Below, piece after piece: positions 13,501 through 21,776 of a stretch of DNA of 35,522 bases. The position numbers and the translations under genes were made by a program. Each line of letters starts with the position of its first letter. Position 1 is the first letter of the stretch. The DNA lies in the IMG/VR virus record IMGVR_UViG_3300042380_000737, positions 1 to 35,522 of that record; one strand, 5' to 3'. The DNA comes from a virus. Lineage: Duplodnaviria; Caudoviricetes. The notes under the pieces are model-generated. The model had not been told where the DNA came from and did not search any database. It saw nothing but the letters and a program-made list of their open reading frames with translations.

Positions 13501-16500
13501 ATCGGCAAGGATCTGGCCGACAAGGCCGACGATCAGGAGTTGGACTCGGGTCGCTCATACACCGGCCTCGACCTCAAGATCGGCGGGCGTGGCATGGTTG
13601 AGTTCTACGACAAGATCGTCCCCCAGGCCGCCAGTGCGCTGGTGAAGAAGATGGGCGGTGAGGGGATGACGGCGGTGAGCATCGGCGCAGGCCCTTCTCC
13701 ATTGGAGGTGCTGGCCAGCTACGTTCAGCGGTTTATGACCAAGAAAGGCGCTCTCTCTGATCGCGAAATTCGAGACTTGCTGAATGTGTTCGCAAACGAT
13801 CAGTTTCCAAACGATCCGATTCTTGCCAGCAATGCTTTGGTTTCAATGAACGAAGCGCTAATGGGTTGGTCAGCAGACCCAAAAGCAGAGCCGGATGCTT
13901 TTAGCGCATACAGTCCCAAACAGGCGGAGCGGAATCGGTATCTTGTGAGAGAAATCGGCAGGCCGAAAAGGCTGGACACCTTCCTAATCCGCAACCAGGA
14001 AACTGGCCTTTACTTCGCGGCCGATGGCGGATGGGTTGGCCCTAGCGGGAGCCCGGCCCTGTTTGACAGCGATGGGGCTGCGGAAGAGCGTCTTCGCCAG
14101 TTGCGGGCTGAGCTATCTGACAAAAAGCAGCCGGCCTTCCTAATCACCGACTCCATGCGCGACAAGGCCTCAGGCGGCATGCCGCTGTTCAGCCGCGAGC
14201 GCTCCGATCCGCTGGAGATAACCCCCAGCCTCGAGCGCTGGGCCCGCGACGTGCGCGACGGCAAGCCCGCAGATCCGGTGGTGCGCGTCTCCGACTACCT
14301 GCCGCACGCTTCGCTGCGCATGGCCGGCCTGCCGAAGCGGCCGATCGTCGTGTCCCGCTACTTCGCGAGCGGCCATCTGCGCAACAGCGAGCACCCGGAG
14401 ATCACGCCCGAGGTCATCGGCAAGCTGCCGGCCATGCTGGCCAACCCGCGCATCGTCATCAAAGACCGGGCGCCGAACAGGGCCGGCGAGATGGTCGATC
14501 GGTGGCAGATCCTGGCCGCCGAGCGCGACAACCTGAACCGCCCGATCCTGGTGGCCCTGTCGCCAGAGGTGCAGGACCAGGCCGGCAACAACCTGCGGGA
14601 GTCCGATCCGCGCTACCAGGCCGGCCTGAGCGGCCGCGGCGCTGCGCTGGCTGTCGTCGACATGCGGACGATGTTCGGCCGCGAGGACTCGATGAACTAC
14701 GTGCTGCGCAACCTGCGCCAGGGCAATGTGGTCTACATGCCCGATCAAGAGGTCGCCCAGCTGCGCAGGGTGGTCAGCGCGGAAACCCCGCCTGCCGGAC
14801 GAGCCGGTGCTAACCCGCCTGCGCGCCGGGCGATGGCTGTAAGTATAGCAGGAGACAAGGCCCTGCAGCTGTTCGAGAGCGGCAACGCAAAGTGGCCGGC
14901 CTCCAAGCTGACGATCGACCTGCCGTTCATCGATGCGGATCGCTACCGCGACGTCGTCTTCTCGCGCGAGCGCGCTGTCGCCGGCGACCTGGTCTCCGAC
15001 ATCCCCAACGAGGACTGGCTGCAGGACAAAGTCGACTACGCCAAGGAGAAGGGCCGCAACCGCTGGGGCGTGCCGCACATGAGCACCATCACCGGCAGCT
15101 TCCGCGGCAAGCTGGTGGACGTCCCCGTGGACGTGCTGAAGACCCTGCCTGGACAGCGCCAAGAGCAGAGCAACGTGCGCCCCGAGTCGCTTGAGTACAT
15201 CCGCGAGAACTGGGACGAGGTATCGCAGGAGCCGCCCTACATCGAAGTCGCCCACAACGGCGAGGCCTGGGTGAGCGAGGGCAACCACCGCATCATGGTG
15301 GCCGCGGAGAAGGGCCTCGAGACCCTGCCGGTGGAGATCCGCTACTTCGACGGCGGCGAGCGCCAGCCCGGGCCGCTGGCGCCGGATCGCATCCTGGGCC
15401 CGCGCTTCTCGCGCGAGCGCACCGAGACGCCGGAGTTCAAGGCGTGGTTCAAGGACTCGAAGGTGGTGGACGGCGATGGCAAGCCGCTGGTGGTGTATCA
15501 CGGCACCGACAAGGATTTCGCCGCGTTCAACCCTGCCAACATTGGCGACAACTTTGGCGTCGATGAAGAGGGCTTCTTCTTCACCGACAGCAAGATCCGC
15601 GCGTCTGGCTACGCCGACCCCGCCAGCGAGTTCCTGGCTGCGGGGATGAGCGACCCGAGGCAGCAAGACCCTAAGGCCGGCTCCAACGTCATGCCGGTGT
15701 ACCTTTCAATCCAGCGCCCGCTGACGCTGGAGGCCTACACCGACGCGTTCTACACCAACCCTGCCGTCGAGATCGACGAGCAGGGCATCAGCCTGACCGA
15801 CTACTTCGACGACAACCGCAAGTCCATCATGGACTTCGTCAAGCGCGGCGCGCACGACGGCGTCGTGTTTCGGCACAAGGGCAAGACGCTGGTTGTCGCC
15901 CTCCGCCCCGAGCAAATCAAGAGCGCCATCGGCAACGACGGCAGCTACGACGAGACCGACCCCAACATCCTCTCCAGCGCTGCGCGCAGCTGGGAGACGC
16001 CTGGCGCCTCCAAGTTCGACGACGCCGTCCAGAAGTTCCAGGACAAGAACGTCGACCTCCTGCGTGTGCAGCAAGCCCTGAAGGAGGCCGGCGTTGAGAT
16101 CGCCAACGACCGCGACGCCTACCTGCGCGAAGAGCTCTTCCACGGCCGCGCCGCCAAGCGCACCGAAGACTTCACAAAGAGGGAGCTCGAGCCGCTGACG
16201 AAGGCCATGGCCGACCGCGGCCTGACCATCGAGGAGCTCGACGAGTACCTGCACGCCCGCCACGCGCCCGAGGCGAACCGCCTCATCGCCGAGCGCAACC
16301 CCGACAGCCCCCTGCTGCAGGACGGCGGCTCAGGCCTCGACACAGCCCTTGCGCAGCAGTACATGGCCGACCTCACTGCGGACAAAAAGGCCCACCTCGA
16401 GGCCGTTGCAGCGCAGGTCGACAAGATCCTGGCCAAGACGCGCAAGATGATGGTCGACTACGAGCTCGAGAGCTCGGACACCGTCAAGGGCTGGGGCGAG

Positions 16501-18693
16501 ATGTTCCAGCACTACGTGCCGCTCATGCGCGAGGACGACGGCGACGCGCCGCAGCGCCTTGGCTCGGGCCAGGGCTACAGCATCAAGGGCCGCGAGGTGA
16601 AGAGCCGCACCGGCTCGACCAAGAAGGTCGTCGACATCCTGGCCAACATCGCCCTGCAGCGCGAGCGCATCATCGTGCGCGGCGAGAAAAACCGCGTCGG
16701 CCAGGCGCTGGTGAACCTGGCGCGCGAGAACGAGAACAAGGACTTCTGGACCGTCGACCAGACGCCGACCACGCCGACCTACGACCCAAAGAAGGGCGTC
16801 GTCGTGCAGCGCCCGGATCCGATGTTCAAGATGCGGCCCAACGTCCTCGTGGCCAAGTTCCGCGAGGAGGATGGCAGCGTCAAGGAGCACGCGGTCATCT
16901 TCAACGAGCAGGACTCCCGCGCCGTGCGCGCGGCAGCCTCGCTGAAGAACCTGGAGGTGGCCCGCATGGAGGGATTCCTCGGCGGCGCCGCGGCTGTGAC
17001 CCGCTACTTCAGTGCGATCGTCACGCAGTACAACCCGGTCTTCGGCATCATCAACTTCATGCGCGACTTCCAGGCCGTGATGCTCAACCTGAAGAGCACG
17101 CCACTGGACGGCAGGCAGAAGGAGATCGCCAAGGACGCCATGCGCGCCGTCTCGCAGATCTACTCGAACCTGCGCACTGGCAAGGACACCGGCGACCTAC
17201 AGAAGCTGTTCGACGAGTTCCAGAGCGTCGGCGGCCAGACCGGATTCCGACAGCTCTACGCCGACAGCGCCGACCGCGCAGACGCGATTCGAGAGGCCAT
17301 CAACCCCGACGCCTGGACCGACACCAAGCTGGGCAAGGTCTTCACCGCCAACGGCGTGCTGAAGGTGCCGATGGCCAAGGCCATGCGCGCGTCGAAGGGC
17401 CTCTTCCAGTGGCTCACCGACTACAACGACACGCTGGAGAACGCGACCCGCCTGGCCGTCTACAAGGCCGGCAAGGAGCAGTTCATCGCCGAAGGCATGG
17501 GCGAGACCGAGGCCAAGGAGAAGGCCGCCAGCATCGCCAAGAACATCTCGGCCAACTTCAACCGCAAGGGCGAGCTTGGCCAGCAGATCGGCGCGCTGTA
17601 CGCCTTCTTCAACGCGAGCATGCAGGGCACGGCGCGAATGGGCCAGCTGCTGTTCGACATGGAGCCCGGCAAGCCCAAGACGATCCGTCTGTCCCGCCTG
17701 GGTAAGCGCATCGTGGCTGGCGGCGTGCTGCTTGGCGTGGCGCAGGCGCTGGCGCTGGCCGCGGCCGGCTTCAGCGACGACGACCCGCCCGAGTTCGTGC
17801 GCGAGCGCTCGCTGGTCATCCCGACCGGCGGCAAGAGCTACATCTCGATCCCCATGCCCCTGGGTCTGCACATCCTGCCCAACATCGGTCGGATGACGTC
17901 CGAGTGGGCCATGAGCGGCTTCGAGAAGACGCCGCAGCGCGCGGTGGGGTTCCTGGGCCTGTTGGCCGAGGCCTTCGTGCCGACCGGCTCGAGCGGCCTG
18001 TCGATGCAGACCCTGGCCCCGACGGCCCTGGACCCGCTGGTGGCTCTGACCGAGAACCAGGACTGGCAGGGCCGCCCGATCGCCAAGGAGTCGATGAACC
18101 CGGCCGTGCCTGGCCACGCCCTGGTGAAGGACACTGCCACGGCCTGGTCCCGCGTCATGGCCGAGGCGATCAACTATGCCACCGGCGGCAACCAGTACAT
18201 CCGCGGCGCCGTGAGCCCAACGCCAGACCAGATCGACTACCTCATCTCCGCCCTGGGCGGAGGTGTGGCCAATGAGCTCTCCAAGGCCCAGCAGACCGCG
18301 ACGGCGGCCATCACCGGCGAGTCTCTGCCGACGTACAAGGTGCCGCTGGTTGGCCGGCTGATCGGCAACGCCGCAAGCCAGCAGAGCGAGGCGACCGCCT
18401 TCTACTCGACGTCCCGCAAGCTGAACGAGCTCGAGACCGAGATCAAGGGCCTGCAGAAGGACGGCCGCTTCCAGGAGGCCAGCGCGCTGCGCGCCAGCCG
18501 GCCAGATGCCTACCTGATCGCCCAGGCCAACCGGGCCGAGCGCGACATCTCGGCGCTGCGCAAGCAGAAGTCGGAGCTGGTGAAGGCCGGCGCGCCGCGC
18601 GAGCAGGTCAGGGCCATCGAGGAGCGGATCACCGCCCGCATGGCGGCCCTGAATCGGGCCGTCGACGGGATGAAGGCGAAGGCCGAGATCTAG
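10531..18693 (+). CDS. Giant polyvalent protein 2 with LPD38-like C-terminus
   Basis: 2,720-aa ORF. Three ART-PolyVal-like repeats (10684-11103, 11320-11871, 15421-15966), R-S-E ART-like module, EELQSD domain, MuF-C/RNase-like domain, ParB-like EGNHR. C-terminus NFNRKG...LYAFFNASMQG...IPMPLG...ENQDWQGRPI...SPTPDQIDYL is LPD38-like. Confidence 0.9.
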   Translation: MAKTCTYSFTAPSGDKVVLTGMPAIKAWLASGGLEYLRGAANDTVVSRARDVTETPEFKRWFDDSKVVDASGKPLVVYHGTNAKFSVFMPEGGLGIYLTPVQRIAAATADSVSEAGGKPRVMELYASIKNPVTLSQDEIEWIGYDKARIRELEAAGHDGAWNESRTEILAFRPEQVKSAIGNTGAFATDNPDITRSAERKDDEVEIIRGRDLYFPKGNESGDFYEPLWLARSGDGPWAHGRTPEEARQNLAARRADITRSAERDYADNTNFKKWFGDSVMTDTGEPGGKPLRLYHGGFPLMDAPPGKGIPKSSARGSLGYGFYMTPDERRAETYAGESGGWGRPDGRVTALYARLQNPLVIEHADGRDPVITGLVATGMPRDKAIKKVEKANEEYGWTGKELMSAATKAGHDGLVFKRDGKISEVVVYQPTQVKSADGNDGSFSWNPDIRRSAEREEEADAVYKELAKDEKLIDALEVYMTSGDAPEGELNDKLLSYIRRLPPVSEDSYLTFYRNQPQGARPWARGWSSWTINEDQTRFFGGRNFEVLRRKGAQGLDLGRLGEQRTRDTGEFHQYGSQGEWLLLNESVFGEGAIRSTERPWYYSQLARAIEGVPARLDNQPGVMWAQWLKANASKLGVKQDEITWSGIEDFLKLKGKEKVSKEEIGAYLAEGGVRVEEVVLGDGGLTPAEITEVQELRDLYRRSEQGEDGVFDAGDFDRLQFLEERKGGDSLTKYGQYTLPGGTAYREVLLTLPERRPLTAAWRKAQELYGDDDQRTIDAKRAAKAEAGPGQSEKGYKSSHWDAKNVLAHVRLNDRVDAEGRRTLFVEELQSDAGADVRKKGFIDSYKLEDVQPTDGPLPGTFYYLKTPDNVFQILKSQHASEQAAREYIVREKKINSGGVPRMPFIDDTTKWLNLALKRVIAMAATEGYDAVAFVNGEQSAERYDLSKQVDRIYVTKLKGGGFEFTAYKDGRDIIPRRAVGTKSELAEAIGKDLADKADDQELDSGRSYTGLDLKIGGRGMVEFYDKIVPQAASALVKKMGGEGMTAVSIGAGPSPLEVLASYVQRFMTKKGALSDREIRDLLNVFANDQFPNDPILASNALVSMNEALMGWSADPKAEPDAFSAYSPKQAERNRYLVREIGRPKRLDTFLIRNQETGLYFAADGGWVGPSGSPALFDSDGAAEERLRQLRAELSDKKQPAFLITDSMRDKASGGMPLFSRERSDPLEITPSLERWARDVRDGKPADPVVRVSDYLPHASLRMAGLPKRPIVVSRYFASGHLRNSEHPEITPEVIGKLPAMLANPRIVIKDRAPNRAGEMVDRWQILAAERDNLNRPILVALSPEVQDQAGNNLRESDPRYQAGLSGRGAALAVVDMRTMFGREDSMNYVLRNLRQGNVVYMPDQEVAQLRRVVSAETPPAGRAGANPPARRAMAVSIAGDKALQLFESGNAKWPASKLTIDLPFIDADRYRDVVFSRERAVAGDLVSDIPNEDWLQDKVDYAKEKGRNRWGVPHMSTITGSFRGKLVDVPVDVLKTLPGQRQEQSNVRPESLEYIRENWDEVSQEPPYIEVAHNGEAWVSEGNHRIMVAAEKGLETLPVEIRYFDGGERQPGPLAPDRILGPRFSRERTETPEFKAWFKDSKVVDGDGKPLVVYHGTDKDFAAFNPANIGDNFGVDEEGFFFTDSKIRASGYADPASEFLAAGMSDPRQQDPKAGSNVMPVYLSIQRPLTLEAYTDAFYTNPAVEIDEQGISLTDYFDDNRKSIMDFVKRGAHDGVVFRHKGKTLVVALRPEQIKSAIGNDGSYDETDPNILSSAARSWETPGASKFDDAVQKFQDKNVDLLRVQQALKEAGVEIANDRDAYLREELFHGRAAKRTEDFTKRELEPLTKAMADRGLTIEELDEYLHARHAPEANRLIAERNPDSPLLQDGGSGLDTALAQQYMADLTADKKAHLEAVAAQVDKILAKTRKMMVDYELESSDTVKGWGEMFQHYVPLMREDDGDAPQRLGSGQGYSIKGREVKSRTGSTKKVVDILANIALQRERIIVRGEKNRVGQALVNLARENENKDFWTVDQTPTTPTYDPKKGVVVQRPDPMFKMRPNVLVAKFREEDGSVKEHAVIFNEQDSRAVRAAASLKNLEVARMEGFLGGAAAVTRYFSAIVTQYNPVFGIINFMRDFQAVMLNLKSTPLDGRQKEIAKDAMRAVSQIYSNLRTGKDTGDLQKLFDEFQSVGGQTGFRQLYADSADRADAIREAINPDAWTDTKLGKVFTANGVLKVPMAKAMRASKGLFQWLTDYNDTLENATRLAVYKAGKEQFIAEGMGETEAKEKAASIAKNISANFNRKGELGQQIGALYAFFNASMQGTARMGQLLFDMEPGKPKTIRLSRLGKRIVAGGVLLGVAQALALAAAGFSDDDPPEFVRERSLVIPTGGKSYISIPMPLGLHILPNIGRMTSEWAMSGFEKTPQRAVGFLGLLAEAFVPTGSSGLSMQTLAPTALDPLVALTENQDWQGRPIAKESMNPAVPGHALVKDTATAWSRVMAEAINYATGGNQYIRGAVSPTPDQIDYLISALGGGVANELSKAQQTATAAITGESLPTYKVPLVGRLIGNAASQQSEATAFYSTSRKLNELETEIKGLQKDGRFQEASALRASRPDAYLIAQANRAERDISALRKQKSELVKAGAPREQVRAIEERITARMAALNRAVDGMKAKAEI
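11896..12306 (+). other. R-S-E clade ADP-ribosyltransferase-like domain
   Basis: FYR (12064-12072), WSSWT (about 12109-12123), SQGEWLL (Q-x-E at 12262-12270). Confidence 0.55.
14203..14955 (+). other. MuF-C / BECR-fold RNase-like domain
   Basis: H...HPEITPEVIGKLPAMLANPRIVIKD...PILVAL...MRTMFGR. Confidence 0.5.
14974..15402 (+). other. ParB-like domain in polyvalent protein 2
   Basis: PPYIEV...WVSEGNHRIMVAAEKGLETLPVEI. Confidence 0.7.
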
Positions 18694-18836
18694 CGGAGGA
18701 CAGCACTCATCACGGAGGCCGCGCAACCCACGGCCAGGCAACCCCACAGGATGACCAAGCCGAGCCTGACGGCCTCCTGTGGGGCCTTCGCCAGCCACCA
18801 GCAGTAGAGCCCGAAAACGGTGATGAGCAAGAGCAT
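18690..18836 (-). CDS. Small two-TM membrane protein (48 aa)
   Basis: Manually translated MLLLITVFGLYCWWLAKAPQEAVRLGLVILWGCLAVGCAASVMSAVLR; fills the gap between the integrase stop and the ORF2 stop. Confidence 0.55.
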   Translation of the reverse strand: MLLLITVFGLYCWWLAKAPQEAVRLGLVILWGCLAVGCAASVMSAVLR

Positions 18837-18844
18837 CTCCGAAT

Positions 18845-19909
18845 CTACCTGAGCTTCTCCCAGGATTCGTGCACATCCTCTGCCGTCAGGCGCGCGTACC
18901 TGGCGACCTGCTGCCAGTTCGTGTGGCCTGAGATCATCGCCACTTGCGGGATGGGCAGCCCGGCCTTCAGCAGCCGGCTGATGCCCGTGGCGCGCATGTC
19001 GTGCGTCCGCAGGCCCTTGATGCCGGGCATGCCAGTCTCGGCGATGCGATCGCGGGCCCGCTCAAAGGCCGCGGCCACGCTTCCGGGCAGCCACGGCAAG
19101 ATCATCTCGTCGACCTTGGGCGCCCGGGCTATGGCCGCGCGCGCTGTCGGCAGCAGCGGCACCTCCTGGTCGTTGCCGACCTTGCGCCTGGGGTGCTTGA
19201 CGTCGCGGATGACGATGATCCCGCGGTCAAGGTTCACGTCGGCCCAGCGCAGCCTGGCCAGCTCCGACAGCCGGCGCGGCAGCGACAAGGCCAGATCGAG
19301 CCACAGCACCATGTCGATGACGGCTTGGTGGTGTACCCGCTGACGGGCGAACTCGGCCCTCAGGGCGGCCTCCTCGGCGGCCGTCATGGCCCGGCCGGCG
19401 TGGCGCCCTCGGCCGGATAGGCCCATCTCGCGCAGCTTGCGCAGAGCGGTGTCGATCTCTTCCGTCTCCAGGCGGATCCCGTGGGCGTGCGGGGCCGCGT
19501 GGAAGGCTGCGCGCACCGGCGAGAGCTCCGCGGCGATCGTGGCCGGCGCAGCGCCCTCCGCGGCCCGCCTGCGCGCGTAGTCGACCACCCGCTTGGCCGT
19601 CAGCTGGTTGACGCCGACGTTGTGAAAGGCCTGGGCTATCGACTCGTGCGTGTGGATAGAGGATCGCCCAACCTCGCGCAGCGACCGCTGGTAGGCCAGG
19701 TGCTTCAGCACCAGCTGCCCGACGGTCAGATGGCGTGTCGAGACGCTGGTCGCGCCGCGCTCTTGGAGCTCGGCCTCGAGGCGCCTACCCCACGCCAAGG
19801 CCCGCTCGCTTGTCGGGAACGTCTTGGACTCGCTAAACACCTTGACCCCGTTGCGCTGTACCCTGACCTGGCACAGGAACGAGTCGCCCCTTCGCACGAT
19901 TGTCGGCAT
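18845..19909 (-). CDS. int: Tyrosine integrase, DusA-associated integrase type
   Basis: PRRLSEL (R), KHP (K), HDMR, ISGH..W....RY catalytic set; AGGAG RBS; adjacent dusA fragment. Confidence 0.92.
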   Translation of the reverse strand: MPTIVRRGDSFLCQVRVQRNGVKVFSESKTFPTSERALAWGRRLEAELQERGATSVSTRHLTVGQLVLKHLAYQRSLREVGRSSIHTHESIAQAFHNVGVNQLTAKRVVDYARRRAAEGAAPATIAAELSPVRAAFHAAPHAHGIRLETEEIDTALRKLREMGLSGRGRHAGRAMTAAEEAALRAEFARQRVHHQAVIDMVLWLDLALSLPRRLSELARLRWADVNLDRGIIVIRDVKHPRRKVGNDQEVPLLPTARAAIARAPKVDEMILPWLPGSVAAAFERARDRIAETGMPGIKGLRTHDMRATGISRLLKAGLPIPQVAMISGHTNWQQVARYARLTAEDVHESWEKLR

Positions 19910-19992
19910 GTTGCATCTCCTGTTGCTGCTGCAGCTGCATGCTGCGACGGGTTGTCACAACATCGCGCAGAAACCCATCGGAATGCACGGGA

Positions 19993-20124
19993 ATGAAACA
20001 AGAGGTCGCGCCGCCGCTGGCGCAAAAAGCTGAGCAGAATCAAGGCCTTGGGCGCAATACTGGGCCATGGGCCTTCGCCATTGCCCCGATGATGGACTGG
20101 AATCAGGGACTCGCAGGCAGTTGA
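19993..20124 (+). other. attP region with replacement dusA 5' end
   Basis: GCCCCGATGATGGACTGG (20083-20100) encodes APMMDW, the conserved DusA N-terminal motif. It is in frame with ATG 19993 and lies between int and the PrtN-like gene. Confidence 0.8.
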
Positions 20125-20176
20125 TCTGCCTGCGGATTTGATGAGCGGAGGCTGCGCGTTGCAAGCCTCCCGTGCA

Positions 20177-20428
20177 TCACGCGCGCAGCCGCCACCAGGG
20201 CTGCACTTTGCGCAACTCCGCCGCGCGGCCGTCGACACTCGCCACCTGTCGCGTGACCGTGCGCTGCGGCTCTCCGCGCCCCAGCAGGCGGAACCACAGA
20301 CGCCGCCACCAGCGCGTGTCGCGCTGCGTGATGTAGATCCAGTCGCCGGGCTCAAGGCCGTGGTGCCTGAACGTAGTGATCGTGGCCGGCTTCAGTGGTT
20401 GCGGCTTGGCTCCGGGCTGCTGCTTCAT
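20177..20428 (-). CDS. Hypothetical protein
   Basis: MKQQPGAKP...WWRLRA; co-oriented with the leftward operon. Confidence 0.5.
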   Translation of the reverse strand: MKQQPGAKPQPLKPATITTFRHHGLEPGDWIYITQRDTRWWRRLWFRLLGRGEPQRTVTRQVASVDGRAAELRKVQPWWRLRA

Positions 20429-20454
20429 GGGTCGCCAGTCGGTGGTTGAGGGGA

Positions 20455-20709
20455 TCAGACCCGCGACCGCTCCCAGAGTTCCGCGGCCGCCGCGCGTTGC
20501 TTGTCGATGTGCGCCCCGAGATCCGCGCACGACACCATCATCGGCGCCTTGCGGCTGTTGTTGAGCCTGAAGACAGGGACGGGCAGCTCGTTGCGAGCCG
20601 CCCGTCTCATGGCCTCTTCGATCGAGAGGCCGAAGTAGTCCTCGCACACCAACTCCAGGCGCACCGCTGGCGCCTGGTAGATGGACATCAGGGCGAGGTG
20701 GGTCAGCAT
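20455..20709 (-). CDS. Pyocin activator PrtN-family protein (probable excisionase/RDF)
   Basis: LMSIY...VRLELVCEDYFGLS...ELPVPVFRL..SRKAP.MV...DL..HID is the PrtN pattern; located near attP. Confidence 0.8.
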   Translation of the reverse strand: MLTHLALMSIYQAPAVRLELVCEDYFGLSIEEAMRRAARNELPVPVFRLNNSRKAPMMVSCADLGAHIDKQRAAAAELWERSRV

Positions 20710-20719
20710 CGCGCCGGCG

Positions 20720-21133
20720 TCAGTCGTTGGCCAGCGCCGGAGATGGTGCCGGTGCCGGCGGCGCGCTGGCCAGGGCGTCGGCCAGCAGCGGGCTGAACAA
20801 GGGTTCGGCCACGACCGGCTTCAGCTCCAGCGCGCTCGGCGCCAGCACGTAGGCGGGCGCGCCATCCAGGCCGCGGACCGGCCAGATCGCGTAGCTGCCG
20901 CCCGGCAGCTCGTCGCCCGGGTGCACGAGCCGCACGCCGAAGCGGGTGTGGAACATGCCGTCGTGGTCGATGATGGCCAGGTTCACCGTGCGCTCGTTGA
21001 GCACCATGATGACAGTCGCGTGCAGCGGCTGGCAGTCGCGGCGGATCATCGTGGCCAGATCGTCGCTGTCGACGGGGATGTAGTGCAGGGCCCGCGAGAT
21101 GGAGGGCACCGTGATGATGGTCTGATGGTTCAT
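20720..21133 (-). CDS. Hypothetical phage protein
   Basis: PSISRALHY...QPLHATVI.V...VNLAIIDHDG; AAAGGA RBS. Confidence 0.65.
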   Translation of the reverse strand: MNHQTIITVPSISRALHYIPVDSDDLATMIRRDCQPLHATVIMVLNERTVNLAIIDHDGMFHTRFGVRLVHPGDELPGGSYAIWPVRGLDGAPAYVLAPSALELKPVVAEPLFSPLLADALASAPPAPAPSPALAND

Positions 21134-21324
21134 GCTGTCCTTTCGGTTGGTTGCTTCTTCTTGGGGCGCATGGCGAACCCGCGCCAGCAGCGGCCGCAGT
21201 GCCACTTGCCGTTGCTGCGCTCGACGCCGCCCTCAAGCGGGCGCTCTTCGTGGCACTTCGAGCAGGGGCGCGTGCGGCCGCTGAAGTTGGTGACCGTCGA
21301 GCCGTGAGGGGTCGGTGCGATCAC
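21130..21324 (-). CDS. Small zinc-finger protein
   Basis: CSKC...WHCGRC; 4-bp start/stop overlaps on both sides. Confidence 0.65.
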   Translation of the reverse strand: MIAPTPHGSTVTNFSGRTRPCSKCHEERPLEGGVERSNGKWHCGRCWRGFAMRPKKKQPTERTA

Positions 21325-21776
21325 ACCAGGTCGCTGTAGTCGGCGGGCACGAAGCGATCGGACTTGCCGATCTTCCCTCCTTCGAGGATGACGGGCGTGC
21401 CGTCCTCGTTGAGCTTGGACAGGTTCGAATTGATCGTTCGGCGATCCCCCTCCTCCTTGTTCATCCCGGCCATGTAGGCAATGCCGTTGATAGTCACCTC
21501 AAGGTCGCAGAGGGCATCCAGGCAATCCGCGCGGTCATGGATCTCGACTTGCGCGGCGCCGCTCTTGAGAACTTCGGAGCACGCCTCGAGGTGAAATGCG
21601 AGCTCCACCAGGGCGTTCGATGTGATTCCGGTGTTGCTCACGAGACTGATGGTGCGCAGCAGCTCTACGAACTCCTCGATCGTCACCCCAACGGCCACTC
21701 GCAAGTGATCCTTGTTCCACGGCTGCTTGCCGCAAGCCTGAAGCCAGGACGCGGTTTGCTGGTAGTTACTTGTCAT
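21321..21776 (-). CDS. MazG-like / PRA-PH-like NTP pyrophosphohydrolase
   Basis: EEFVEL...DALCDL...NLSK...GKIGKS. Confidence 0.8.
   Translation of the reverse strand: MTSNYQQTASWLQACGKQPWNKDHLRVAVGVTIEEFVELLRTISLVSNTGITSNALVELAFHLEACSEVLKSGAAQVEIHDRADCLDALCDLEVTINGIAYMAGMNKEEGDRRTINSNLSKLNEDGTPVILEGGKIGKSDRFVPADYSDLV

Noticed and set aside
10663-15987. CRISPR array or diversity-generating retroelement suggested by the recurring repeats
   Set aside because: Repeats are short, degenerate, irregularly spaced and in frame. There is no cas or reverse transcriptase gene and no adenine-specific TR/VR pair was seen.
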